A DNA stretch of 64,000 bases, from assembly GCF_020745735.1 (NCBI RefSeq), contig NC_083415.1:38120964-38184963 (forward strand), read 5' to 3'. This document shows, piece after piece, positions 24,872-38,700 of this stretch (within the stretch, counting starts at the first letter, position 1; each line of letters opens with the position of its first letter). Both the position numbers and the translations under genes were made by a program. The notes below the pieces were generated by a model. It was not told the origin of the DNA, ran no database searches, and saw nothing but the letters and a program-made list of their open reading frames with translations. Source of the DNA: Hemiscyllium ocellatum. Lineage: Eukaryota.

Positions 24872-26360
24872 TTCTGTTTACTACTTTTTTAATGGTAACG
24901 TCTAATCAGTCTATCATGTTAGTTGTTGTATTAAGGATATACAGGTGAAGGGCGTTGATCAAGTAATGTGAGTACAGCTGGGTGGGAGCTCCTATCTGAG
25001 CCAGAAGGCCTGGGTTCAGGTCCCACACTGCACCAGCGTGTGTAATCTCTCTGAACTAGTTGGTTGGAAAAACTATCAATTATATCTTGGATGTTTGCAT
25101 TTGTTAGTAAGGGAGTAAGCCAATAAAGGTGATGTTACTGTAATGGTGCACTTGGAAAGGAGGAGCTGGGAGACCCTGATATTGCTGTCCTTTGTATTAA
25201 AGGGCTTGGGTGTTGGTATCTGCTGCTGCTGCTGCTTCCTGTGTTGTTTGCAGACCAAAGGGATTCTCCCTGATTCTTGAGATATATGAAGAAGTTTTCA
25301 TCAGACGTCCACATGATTAATGCTTCTGTTGTCTCCACTGAATGGCATGAAGTTCAGAGCCAATGCTGAGCAAGGGACGTGACCTTTAGCCATTCATACT
25401 CCTTTCATAATTAACTAGCTTCTGCAGCTGCCTTTGCATAAATGCCATGCTCTGAGTCAGTCCAGAGGTCCATAGATATTGAGTTTTTGGCTAAGTTCAC
25501 AACCAGTAGAAGGTGGTTTCATCTTCAGTTGAAGTGGCTCCCTTGAATGAACATACAATGGTATTCAATTATAGTATAAATCTTCCAATGACTTGAGATA
25601 CTTGAGAATGCAAAAATTGTGGGAAGTCACCCAACTAGTGTAGTATTGACTTTTATTTTTTTTAAATGCAGTTCTAGAAGTATTATATTGGAAAAAAAAA
25701 TCTGTGTATAAAGTTAAGAATATGATTTGCCATCACTGGGATTTCATTGAACTTGGTTTTATAATATTCATGGTGAATGAATATGGAAAATGTTGTTCCT
25801 TAGTCTGGGAAGCTCAGAAAATAAAAATGTGGTTAAAACTACTCAAGCTGCTGCAATACTAGCTCTTCTAGAAGAAATAGATGTGGAGTTTTCCTTATCA
25901 AATATTTTATGAGAGAGTCTCTATGTAACAGGCCGTCACAGAATATTTTGTCTGTTGAATGGTAAATGGAGAATTGCATCCAGTGGGAAAACTGTGTTTT
26001 TCAATGTAAAATGTGCAGAAAGATTACGTTTTGACCTTGCTAGCATAAAAGAGACTCTTAAAAGAACAGAAATCTTCAGGATGAAATGGGTTGAATCAAG
26101 TTGTCTGTTGTCAGCTTGCTTTATAAACTAAAATACTCTCTCGAAGAGACTACTGGACGTCTGAGAAGATGGACATCTTGTAATATGTGGTGTGCAGAAT
26201 GTGGACAATTATTTTTCTCATTTTCTTTCACTTTTTTTTGTTCAAAAATATTGTCAGTGTTTATAAAGTTTTGATTTTTTTTAAAAAATGCATAATGGCA
26301 TGTCAGTTATGCTCAGGAGAGGTACATTAAAGGATATTCATTAAGTAACTTGTTTTATTA

Positions 26361-26831
26361 TAGCAAACTTTATTTTAACTGGCATTCTATGAACCGGCAC
26401 TCTCGATAAACTGGCAAACGTTATGCACCTCAAATACCGTAAAGACTACTATTATTCTGTCCAAATATTATAGATTTAAAAATCTATTTACCTTTCTGTA
26501 AATATACTTGTTCAATTGAATGACCACACAAAATATCAACAGGTGATTCAATTTTAAGTCCTTTTCTTACCATCTACTGCAATGTCCGAGTAATCAGCTG
26601 AGGGTGTGAATGAGAAGGCTGTCTGCTGGTAGGTTTTATCTAAGGCAAAATTGTATTATTATTTAAGTGATCTGTGCTGTAAATGAAATAAAAGTGATGT
26701 GTATACCTTCTGCATTACACTCATATGACTTAGTGTTTCTATTATTTATGTGGATCACTTGATCATCTGGAATATTTGATCAACCAGCACACTCCTGGTC
26801 CCATAGGTGTCAGTTAATAAAAGGTTTGCTA
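26361..26831. mobile_element. Tigger/pogo-like non-autonomous DNA transposon (MITE)
   Basis: Imperfect ~24-bp TIRs tagcaaactttattttaactggca / tgtcagttaataaaaggtttgcta; TA on the left flank. Confidence 0.55.
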
Positions 26832-26926
26832 TGTTTCATGCGATGTGGGTGTTGCTGACAAAGCTAGCATTTGTTGTCCAATCCTAATTGCCCTTGAACC
26901 AAGTGACTAGGCTATTTCAGAAGGCA

Positions 26927-27125
26927 GTGTGGAAAAGCACAGCCGGTCAGGCAGTATCTGAAGAGCAGGAGAATCAATATTTTGAGCATAAGCTCTTCAT
27001 CAGGATTCCCAATGAAGAGCTTGTGCTTGAACCGTTGATTCTCCTGCTTCTCGAATGCTGCCTGACTGGCTGTGGTTTTCCAGCACCACGCTCTTTGACT
27101 CTGATCTGCAGTGCTCACTTTCTCC
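26927..27125. mobile_element. Older palindromic PLE/HHR element with two decayed HHRs, inserted into an older repeat
   Basis: Arms around ~27005; minus CTGATGAAGAGCTTATGCTCaAAA; tail on the right (gactctgatctgcagtgctcactttctcc). Confidence 0.8.
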
Positions 27126-30100
27126 ATGTTGCAGAAGGGTGTTTAGTCTCAACTGCATTTCCCAGAGGGCTGGAGCATCATGAAGACGACCAAATAAAGA
27201 CATGTTCTGTGAGGTATCAGTGAGCTAGATTCCTTTTTTGTTTGACGCAGTCGATGATAGTTGTCATTACTGAAACTGGTGTACATTGCAAAATTAGTAA
27301 TTTAAGTTCCACCAGCTTCCATTGTGGGATTTGAACACTAGGGCACTAAATCAAATTTTAAAGCAAAAGATTGGAGTCTGGTTTCGTACTTCACCATCAG
27401 ACATCTCAATATAAACAGCTGTAAAGTCAAATCAAACAAATGTGAAGGTATTACCATATCCACTAATTTGAATTTGAAGCCCCACCCTCTTTTTAGAACT
27501 CCTGTCTACATAAGTTGATGTCAACATGATTTTCCCAATATATCAGCTGCACACATCACAGCCCAAGTCACCAAGTTCAGAATTTAGCCCATGAGCCAAA
27601 CTGAAATTTAGTGTTCCAGTGAGGTGTTTTTAAAGGGCCAGGTCTTCAGCTATAATTATGTACTTTTCACAAAATGTATGCATTTCAATTATCATTTCTA
27701 TTGTTCTAAGAGACTTGCATGAACTTGTGTGGTGATTGTACTATCCTATCAATAGTAGCATCTCCACTGGCAGGAGAATTAGTGCAATATGGTAAATTTA
27801 TGTTGTGGGTTGCCTTATAAATTATGAGACCATATTGATATCAAATAGTTTAAATCAGTTCACATTTTGCATATCAGATCAGCTGTATATATGAACTAAA
27901 ATGTTAAAAACAAATCATGATAAATACGTAAACCTTGACATTGGATGAATTGTTGGACCCATCTCTGGATATAATGGATCCAGGGTTTTCTTCCTGATGT
28001 CTTAGCCAATATATAACCATTGTAACTAAGATCAGATTATCTGCTCTCTATCACTATATTTTGTTTGTGAGATGCCATATTTCCAAAAGTTAGAACAGTT
28101 GCTACACTTCACTATTACTTCACTGACTGTGAAATGCTTTTGGATTCGCTGAGATTGAGAGACACCAGATTAATGCAAGTTGAGTCAACACGAAGATATA
28201 TCAAGTAATGAACATTATCTTTCTGATTATACCTTGAGGTTTGTGGCATGACATAGTATTATCAGTTATTAATTTTGACTCAGTTGTATTGTATGCAAGA
28301 GAAATCGGCTTTATTTTGGTTATTTTTTGATTACTGGTGCTGTTTGTGTCAGGAGTCTTTGCCAACCAGGGAGTAGTGAGTTGGATGAGTGCCGTGAAGG
28401 GTTACATGTTTCTTGCTTGGACATAAGAAATGGTAATTACATTTTCAATTATCTTGAATTGAGGACTGTGGTCATTAGCATTACATATAATGAAACATCA
28501 TATAAAAGCTAAGCACTTAATACTTCAACCTTTCAAGCAAATTTCAACTCCTTTTATATTTAGCAGGAAAGCATGTTGCAAAATTCAAATCTTTGAAACT
28601 TAGTGCATTTATTTGCTTTTGTGCCTGGTATGTATTTCTAATTTAATATATCTGTGTCCAATATGTCATCTCTAAAAAGCAGTTCGGACCAACTGTTTGA
28701 TAAGGAGGAAACGTTAACCGTCCTAATGTATAAGACTGTAGTAATTTGTTAGTTGAAATTTCAATTGTGTTTTACTGCTTTTAAGTCTGTTCTGCCATAT
28801 GATTACATTTCACATAAAAGGCAGAGAGGTTCTTTAATTGTTCAGTAAATGTGAGAATTAACTAGAAAAACAAATTGTGCATTGTTTACAATTTACTTGT
28901 TTTAGTTTGTGGTTCTTGTGAACATTGCAGATGGATTAACATCAGTCCTGCATTCCTAAGTTTCTGGCACTACAGATGAAAATATTCTAATTGTGACTGT
29001 TTTTTATGATTTAATTTGACTATATTCCAATTTTTATTTACAATTTTTTTTGTGCCCTGCTATTCCATATCATTTACTTTCTGGTTAGAGACTTGATGTC
29101 CAAACGAAGGAGCCAATTCGAAAAGAAGATTTCCTGCTGGCACAGTGTGCAACAGATAACCCACATGTCAAATCCAGCCCCATTCCTAATAAAGATACTA
29201 AACCAGTTTCAACCATTGGTTTCTTTCACCAGAAGCTGAAACGATCTCTAGTTAAAATTGAGTTTGTGCGCTCACTCAGAAGAACTGGGCCCCATATGAT
29301 GGTTCAGTTGAAGCCCTTTTAAAATTTAAATGACACTAGCCTGGAGGAATTCAAAAATGCATGCTTCCTGATTGGACTAATTATGTTACTGCTGTAGCTT
29401 CATGAAAGCGGACCTTGGGATGAGATGAGGTCTCTTTACTCCTTTTTAATGTGGGCCCTCACATATTGCTGCTGTGGGAGGGCTCCACTTTGTGTGTGTG
29501 TGTGAATTTTACTGCATTTTGTGTTATGTTTTGAACTTTTGAATCAGTTTGAAGTTTGTCTCTGGTCTCGTATTTCTGCATTTAAGTTGGCAGCCACTTG
29601 GTTTTACATATGCTGGTTTCAAACATTAGCCCTTTTTATTTCCAATGCTGATCCGACTGTTGTCTCTCTGAGTAAGAGTATCAATCAGAAGAAAGCATGA
29701 CACAACAATTAAAATCAATAATTGTTACATAGGCACAACTACATTCAGTTTTCTTTTCAGTGTGGTGATTTCAAACTGATTTTGAGATTGCTCAAAATCA
29801 TTATACATTGAATCTGCAAAACCATTCGGGAGAAGAGACTTCCTATCCCATTTTATATGGGAGGATTTACATAATTGCTGATGTTAAAGGCCAGTGGTTT
29901 GGTTCATTGTATTGTTGGTGCTCACTAACTTTCTTATGTTGACATGCAGTACAGTTTGTGCATCAGATGTGGAGCAAGCACAAAACTATCCCTTAGACCC
30001 CGGTCTTTCCTTTCCCCGAATAATGGAAAACTGCCTGTTATCATTCATTCCTTTCTCCAAGTTTAAATGAAGACCATTAAATATATGCCATAAAATACTA

Positions 30101-30164
30101 ACCAGCAAGCACTTTAGTGCGTTTGTTGAAAATGCTCTTTTTAAACGTTTTCCAGCCTCTGGCA

Positions 30165-30440
30165 AGTGTGTTTGTGAAGTCTGCACATTCACCCCCTATT
30201 TGCGTGGGTTTCCTTTGGGTGCTCAGGTTTCCTCCCACGATTCAAAGTTGTGCAGGTTAGGTGAACGGGCCATGCTAAACTGCCCATAGTGTTCAGGGAT
30301 ATGTAGGTTAGCTACATTAGTTAGGGGTAAATGTAGACTAATCGGATAGGGGAATGGGTCTGGGTGGGTTATTCTTCGGGGAAGTTGGTGTGGACTTGTT
30401 GGGCCAAATGGCTTGTTTCTACACGAGGGATTCTGTGAAC
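30165..30440 (+). mobile_element. HE1-like V-SINE, head truncated
   Basis: V-domain and gggccaaatggcttgtttc tail. Confidence 0.75.
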
Positions 30441-32093
30441 ATTTTAGAACAGATTTTAATCTGTTTAGTTTAGACTGATTAATTATTCTTCTAAACTAAT
30501 AAGTAAAAATCTTAAGACTAATGTTGGTACTTTGCAGTGTGTCTTTTAGGGCCAACTTCTGAAAGGTTCTCACTTTTTTTTTTCCCTTGATCAATTATTG
30601 ACTGTTTTTATTAAAGCCTAATCGTGTTATAAGTGATAGAAAGGATGAGTAGTACTGGGATATTTGCAGTCCCTATTGGTAAAATTACTTCTCAACCCAA
30701 TATTAAATTGATGGATTCAATTAATCAAGTACGTATTGAGACAAGCAAGTTACTGTTAACAAATACAAAGCCCTGATTAAGCTGTGTTTGCTATTATTTG
30801 ATGTTCTAGTTTACAAATGGTAAGTAAATTGGCTCTATTGATGCATTAACTGAAAATAAGTTAGTTAATTTGCACTAATGTGCTTTTTAAAACTATGCTG
30901 CTTTTTGCTTTGCTATGTGGCAAACACTTCAGCAACAGTTGTGAAATGAATGATGAAACATACTATATTATTTATTGTACCAGTAATTCCTGGTTTAACA
31001 TGGCCCTGTTTAATGGAGCCTGTAACTGCATTATGCTTTGCAAGATTCATTCTAATGTTACTTACTTGGTGCCATTTTGTCGGCCAGTCCCCATGCCCAG
31101 CCTTCTAAGGTGCAGCCTCTCCCTGTTCTTGACCTTCCAAGTATGGCCTTTCCCATGCTTGACTATGAGAGCGGAGCCCAGGGCACCTCCGACTGAGACC
31201 AGGCTCCAGAATGTTGGCAACCAATTGACGCTGCTTGATAGCATACTTTTTGAATTGCTGTCACTACCTCCACAATCCTCTTCTTGGCTAGTTGGCTGCA
31301 CATCTTGGCTTCCCACCCATTCCTGCTGATTAGCAGCATGTGGGCCGTACCTTTTTCCTCCCTTCCCTCAATCTCTCTTACAAGGCAGTTGGGAGCTGCT
31401 AAATTTGATCAGGATTGATGGGTAAAAAGCAATGGCTGCTCAGCCCTCCGAGAGCAGTGTGGGGAACATTGTTGGAGAGTCTGCAATAAAGAGACATACG
31501 TGGAGGTGTTCCACAAACCATTGGCCCAGCAGTCAGCCAAGATGAGCAACTCCTGTATCTGACAAATCCTGGATATAGTGGTGACCAATCAGAAGAGGCA
31601 TGCAGCCAATCAGAAAGATGCAGCAGCTGTGAAGTGGCTAGAGCAAAGATTATCTGGTACAGAGCTTGAAGTAGTGCTTCAGGTCATGCTCAGTGGGACA
31701 GGGAGGGTATGAGGCTGCAGGTTTTGCCCTGTGAGGGGGAGGGGGAAGGGGGCATGGGTGATGCCACAGGCAGGAGGATCAGCGAAGGAATGGATCTAGA
31801 GTGACCCAGGGGAGTGTGTGGCTAACAGGAGTCCTGATGAGCAGGGGGTACTGTAATTAGCAGGTTACATTTTTCTTTTATTTTAAAACTGATAGTTATT
31901 TCATTTGCCAGTGTAGGAATTTAGCTGTGTCAGGTATTCCAATTTACAGGGTTAATGTTTCAATTATTGTGTCTTCTTTCTGACAAATAAGATGCTAGGG
32001 AACCTAACTCCAATTTTAACATCCATTCCAGTTTCAGTTAAAGTTGTGAATTTCACAATATTACCACAATTTTTTTTACTCTTTTTAGTAATG

Positions 32094-35000
32094 AGAGTCA
32101 TAGAGTAATACAGAAAGAGACCCTTTGACCCATTGAATCCATGCCTATCATCAAGCATCACTTGTACTGGGAAATAGGATTACAGTAATGGCATAACATT
32201 TTGTGCTATGACATTTCAAGTGCTCACTTATATACTTATGAACAAGAGTAGGCCACACAGCCCTTCAAGCCTGGTCTGCATTTCAGTAAGATCATGAATG
32301 ATTTAACTTTTGTCCTAAACTCTACATTCCAGATATCCCTAATAATATCCCCCTTAGTAATCAATAATCTATCTATCTCTGCCTTAATATTATTTAAAGA
32401 TGCTGCATCAAGAAGGGAATTCCAAAGATCCACCACCTTTCAGAGAAAAGATGTTTCCTCATTTCTGTTTTTTATGAACGTCCCTTTGTTTTATAAAACA
32501 TGATCCCTCATTCTAAATTCTTCACAAAGTGCTTTCCACATCCACTTTGTCAAGTCCTTCGGCATTTTATATGTTTCAATAAATTACATCTGACTCTTCT
32601 AAACGCCACAGAATACAGAACCCTGGGTAGTCTTTCATCACCAGGCAGTCTACCCAATCCAGCTGTTAGTTTAGTAAACCTCCTTGAACTGCTTCCAATA
32701 CATTAGCATGCATCTATAAATTCTGTATGCAGGACTCCAAATGCAATATCACCAAAGCCCTGTGCAACTGAAGCTAGCATTCAGTTATCCTTGTAATAAA
32801 TCATAACATTCTAATAGCTTTCCTGATTACTTGTTGTAATTGCATACTAACTTTCTGCAATTCAGGCAGTGGGACACCCAGACCTTTCTGCATCTCTGAA
32901 TTCTGCATTCTCTCACCATTTCAATAATACACTTCTTCTTTATTCTTTCTGCTAAAATGAACAATTTCATACTTTTCCACCATTGTATTCCATTTGCTAG
33001 ATCCTTGCCCACTCACTTATCCTATCTATATCCAGTTGCAGCCTTATGTCCTCTTTACAACTTTCTTTCCTACATATCTTTGTGCCATCAGTGAAATTAG
33101 ATTGTATACCTTTGGCCCCTTCATCCAACTTATTCATATAAATCTTAAGGAGCTAAGTCCCCAGTACCAACCCCCTTGACACGCTACTTGTGACATCCTG
33201 ACACTCTGAAGAGCTTGTTTATTCCTACTCCCTGCTTCCTGTTAACCAGCCAATTTTCCCACCATGCCAATATGAAACTTGAAAGAGTTCAGAAAAGATT
33301 TACAAGGATGTTGCCAGGATTGGAGGATTTGAGCTATAGGGAGAGGTTGAATAGGCTAGGGCTGTTTTCCCTGGAGCATCAGAGGCTAAGGAGTGACCTT
33401 AGAGGTTTATAAAATCATGAGGGGCATAGATAAGGTAAATAGACAAGGTCTTTTCCCTGAGGTGGGAGAGAGTCCAGAACTAGAGGGCATAGGTTTAGGG
33501 TGAGAGGGGAAAGATATAAAAGAGACCTATGGGAGAACTTTTTCACGCAGAGAATGGTACGTGTATGGAATGAGCTGCCAGAGGAAGTGGTGGAAGCTAG
33601 TACAATTGCAACATTGAAAAGACATCTGGATGGGTATATGAATAGGAAGGTTTTGGAGGGATATGGGCCAGGTGCTGGCAGGTGGGACTAGATTGGATTG
33701 GGATATCTGGTTGTCACGGATGAGTTGGACCGAAGGGTCTGTTTCCGTGCTGTACATCTGTATGACTGTATAACTCTACATGATGACCTTTTATTTTCTG
33801 CAGTAAGTGTTGATCTGGCAGCTTTTCAAATGTTTCTGGGAATATAAATACAAAGCATCTACTGGTTCTCCTTCATCGACAGTATAAGTTATTTCTTTCA
33901 AAGAACTCCAATGAAATAGCTTAACATGAATAAATGTGATGGTTCCTTCCTTGCCATTCATTTAGGCACTTAGTTCATGATAGGCACCACCCTTTGGATA
34001 AAACACATTCTCCTTCTTGAACTCTCCTGCCCCTCAAATCTCTGCTCCCTGATCCTTCTACAGAGGGGGAAAAGTTTATTCCCACCAACATTTCACAATT
34101 TTGTAGAACTCAATCATGTCCTTTCTCAGTCTTCTCTACTCCAAGTAAAGCAGCTTTAACGTACATAGTCTTTCTTGATAACTGAAATGCTATAGCTTGA
34201 GCAACATCCTGGTGAATCTCTTCTGCAGAACAATTACATCCTTTTAGTGTGACAATCAGAACTGCATGCAGTACTCTAACTAATGTCCGATCTGGTTTCA
34301 TCATAACCTCCCAGCTTTTGCCATAGAATTTTTTACAGCATGAGAAAAAGGCCCTTCAGCCTATTGTGACCATACAAGTCATCAATGACCCATCTATTCT
34401 AATCCCATTTTCCAGTACTTGGTCAGTAGTCTTGTATGCTCTGGCTGAATACTGCTTAAATGTTTTGATAGTTCTGCCTCTATCACCCTTTTAGGCAGTG
34501 AGTTCCAGATACATATCACCTTCTGAGTTTAAAAATAATCCTCAAACCCTTGTTCCTAACTTGTATTCTATGGTTCACCTAATAAAAACAAATATCCCAT
34601 GTGCTGCATGAACCAATGCCTGTATATGGCCTGTAGCCTTCAAGGTTCTGCTGATCCTCCGTACTACCCAGTGTCCTACCATTCACTACATATTGGCTTG
34701 TCCTGTTAGTCCTCCCAAAATACATCATTACACACTTTCTCGAACCTAGATTGTGTCTGCCGTTATTCTGTCCATTTGACTAGTTTGTCTACATCTTCCT
34801 GTAGTCTAAAGCTTTCCTCGCTGTTTACCACACTACCAATTTTATTGTCATCTGTGAACACTGATGAAACCTACTATATCTGTGTCCAAATCAATAATGT
34901 ACATTTACAAATGCAAGGGACCCAGCACTTGAATCTAGCAGTACCCCACTGAACACAGGCTTCAAGTCACGGAAAGAATCTTTGATCATTACTCTCTGCC

Positions 35001-35500
35001 TCCTATTATTAAGCCAATTTTGGATCCTATTTGCTGTGGATCCTTAAGGCTCTTTTGTCGACTCGCACATGCAGCCCCCCCTCCCCCCAACCAATTCCTT
35101 ACAGAAGTCTGTGTAGACCAACATCAACCATTCTACTGTCATCCACACATCTCTTCATCCTTCTCAAAAAAAACTCTAATCACATTTGACAGACATGATC
35201 TCCATCTGACAAAGCCATGTTGACTTTCGTCAATTAAACCTTGTCCCTCCCATGTAAGAAATTCTGTTTCTCAGATTTTTTTTCCCAAAAGCTTCCCTAC
35301 CAGAGAGGAATTGAAAACTAATGTCAAACCCTTCCAATCTCCTCTCTTGCCTAGGATATATCTCAACTGGGTCTAGAAGCTTATCCAACATTAAGCCCTT
35401 AAAACTGCTATTACCTCCCCCTTCTCCACGCTAATTTGTTCAAGTATTTCACAGTTGCTCCTTTTGTTTACTATATCTATATCATTTTTCATGATGATTT
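32094..35500 (-). mobile_element. Cluster of nested old CR1 fragments (minus), with a younger plus-strand CR1 inside
   Basis: Several CR1 3'UTR starts (~32094, ~32236, ~34322) and degraded RT motifs. Confidence 0.7.
33271..33778 (+). mobile_element. CR1 3' fragment
   Basis: KLERVQKRFTRMLPGL..FFTQRMVRVWNELP. Confidence 0.9.
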
Positions 35501-36699
35501 TTGCATCTTCCTGTCATTTTCCTTCAGATTTGCCACCCTGCGTCTTTTCACACTATTTACTGGCATACGCCCAATGGTGTAACAACACCACGATTGTTCC
35601 TTGGGTTTAAGTAAATAGAGACTGGCCTAGGTTTTGCATACAGCAGCAAACAAACAGCTCACTGTTACTGCTCTGATAAGCGACCACAGGCTTTTCATGG
35701 GCTTTTGGGCAGCCGCTTATATTAATTAGAGATCCTTTTCAGCATGTTGCCCTCTACAGGACATCTGGGTTCTTTGGAAGGATTTTTATTTTGGACTATC
35801 AATCAAAAATAAGGCCTGACACTCCACCATATGGAACAGTTATCGGGCACAATTTTCCAAGAAATGGCGGGGGGGGGGGCTGGTTAATTAATGGACGGGG
35901 GTCTGCATGCTGTGTAATTGAGACCAACAAGCAGGATCTCAATCCCTGGAGGTCTAATAAGAGGCTCTCCATCACTACCTGTCAGATACATGTAAGGGGC
36001 AGAGAGACAAGTGTTTTCTCAGCACTGTTAAAAGCTTTGAAAACAAAACTGGTCACACCTGCACCTCCTCAACATGGAGGGGGAGCCCCTTTGACCATCG
36101 TTTCTGCATTGACAGCAAGAATGCAGAGACAGGCAGCTGTTGGCCTCTGATCCAGGCTCCTTGAAACTGACACCAAGGCGAGAAGAGATTAGCAAATTGG
36201 CACGCATCTTTACAACAGCAATCTTTCTGACCAGCAACCTCTTGTCTCTTCCATTAACCCACGAGTTCTTAGCACAGCACATGGGACTAGATTTTCACGT
36301 AACCATGGAGGTCGCGTCTTGCCCCCAACTCCAGCAACTTAACATGGTTGTCAGCAGTGATCATTCAAGGGGGATGGACTTATTGCTGAACGTCACCATG
36401 CTAAACGACGTCACATCTATGCCATGTGCTAGGAGCATATGCGGCAGACATACAGCAGTTGGCTTTGTTTCAGCATTTACTGGTACTAGTCCTCAGTCAA
36501 CTGAAGTCACAAGTTCCTGGTACTTTAAGTTGAGGGCAGAATCCTATGTCATTCCAAAGGCTTGGGCACAACCTTGCACTGTTGTATTTCCCAGTGTGCA
36601 CAGCTTCATATTTCTCTACATTGAATGGCTGTCTATTTCTTAATTAATGCGTCCTTCTTCAGACAATATGCTGCATTCTTACAGCTTTACACAGTCCGA

Positions 36700-37420
36700 T
36701 CCCTTCCTCATCTAGGGTGAGGAGCCAAACATAAGGTACTACCATTTGTGACTCTTTCTGCTGCATTGTGGGTTGTTTTCTCCTGGAATGAGCCAACGGA
36801 GGAGTAGAGCGAGATTGAACTGGATAGCGCAGCTGTTAGTGTTGCTACGTGAGGGTCTAGGTGGTGAGTGATTATGCATACATTGCAGAGGCCTTGCAGG
36901 GTCAAAGTTAAGAAGATTGAGTGGAATGGGGGTGGGGTGAATGCAAGAAGATGCTGCATGCAATAATGAGTGTTGGGCCATGAGCCTTGAGATTTGTGTT
37001 CAGTAGCAAATATAGAATGAGTGTGAGGTAGCCGAGAGAGGGAAGAGCGTGGTGCTTATCCTGGCAGAATGGAGAACATCATTGACATTCTTGTGGCATT
37101 GCGAGTTTCTCCAGACCATCTAAACAATACTGATCTGGGTAGCACCCTCCAAGCTGGCTGTCAGCATCTGTTGGTGCAGTCTTCTTTGCCAGTTTTGAAG
37201 GAAGAAGACCTACCTTTCTCCTACCCTGTACATTACAACCTTCTGGTGTCACTGAATCGGGGGACTAATTTCCCTTTGTCTGACATGTTTGTGGCAACTC
37301 ACACAAACTGTGCCGAGCAGCTCTGGACTGACAGTGCTTGACCAAGTATGTGGCTGGATATTAAAGGTGGCATAGTACCATGGATCCTGGGAAGTCCTGA
37401 CAGTGGCAAGAATTTGCACC
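36700..37420 (-). mobile_element. PIF/Harbinger Myb/SANT-like gene remnant with intron
   Basis: Minus strand: MSDKGKLVPRFSD..QCHKNVNDVLHSAR|ataagc (decayed donor) ... ttccag|EKTTHNAAER; recalled pattern of Harbinger Myb-like ORFs. Confidence 0.65.
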
Positions 37421-37559
37421 TATGGCGAGTGGAGAATACAATGATTGGGTGCTATAGGGACATAATTGCATTGATAATAAGGCAAGTTTAGGAAGATAGC
37501 ATGAGAAATTGCCAAGAGAAACCCTCCATGAACCTTTCTGAATTGACTGACGCTTCGAA

Positions 37560-38700
37560 ACAGAGAGGTCAGGAGTAGGCCAATCAGTCCCTTCAGCCTG
37601 CTCCTCTATTCATGGCTGCTCTGTGGCCTAATTCTATATGTTTTCCTTAGGTCCATATCCTATAATACCATCGCTCAGTAAAAATGTCTATCTTGGAGTT
37701 AAATTTAAATTAGCATCGACCACAAGAGAATTACAAACCTCCATTACTTTGTGCCAGTAAAACTGCTTTTTATCATCTCTTCTGCATAGCCTAGCCCTAA
37801 CTCTTAGACTATGCTGTTTGGTTTTATCGACATTATTTTTCCCTGTTAATATCCCAAAAACCTCAATTAGATCACCCCTTCACCTTTTAAATTCTGGCCA
37901 ATAAAGGCCTAATGTGACTAATTTCTCCTCATAACCTAACTCCTGAAGTCCAGGTATTCTTTGTAAACCTGTGTTGAACTCCCTCCCAAGGTCAAAACAT
38001 CTTCCTAAGGTGTGGTGCCCAGATCTGCTCACAGTACTCTCAGGGGTCTAATTAGGTCTTTGTATGACTGCAGCCCTTCAGAGATAGGAAGGCCAGCTTG
38101 AACCACCTTGACTATTTTCTGCACTTTTTTTTGTGGCATTTTCAAGAGCTGTGTACTTGAATCCCCAAATTTCACTGGGCATTCACCTTAATTAACTTTG
38201 TGCCTTTTTAAAAAAAAATACCCTAATCATTTTCAGTCTGAAATGGATGACCTCAGCCTTGCTTATATTAAAATCTATCTGCCGCAGCTTTGGTCATTAA
38301 CCTAATCTGTCAATATACTTCTGTAATTTAATGCTGTCATAACACTACTTACAACGCAGTCCAATTTTGTCCACTCGGCATATTTGAATACTTGATTTAT
38401 TAAATGCCATTTTCCAAATTATTTATGAATATTGTGAATAATTGAGGCCCCGACACCAATCTCTGAAGACCACTACTAGTCAGTCCAGCCAATTTGCGTA
38501 CTTACCATTATTCCAGCTTCCTATTTCCTGCCATTTAACCATTTTCTATTGATGTCAGTAATTTGCTCTCAATTCTGTGATCTTCCACCTTGATTAACAG
38601 TCTCTTGTGTAGGATTTTATACAAAGCCTCTGGAAGTCCATGTAAACAACTTCCATTGAAGTACCTCTGTCCATCACCTTTGTCACATCTTCAAAAAATC
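37560..38700 (-). mobile_element. Old CR1 LINE 3' fragment
   Basis: aggagtaggccaatcagtccctt 3'UTR; degraded RT. Confidence 0.7.

Noticed and set aside
30880-31860. 149-aa ORF and GC-richer segment as a possible exon
   Set aside because: No ZNF704 similarity or convincing splice pair; probably a decayed repeat.
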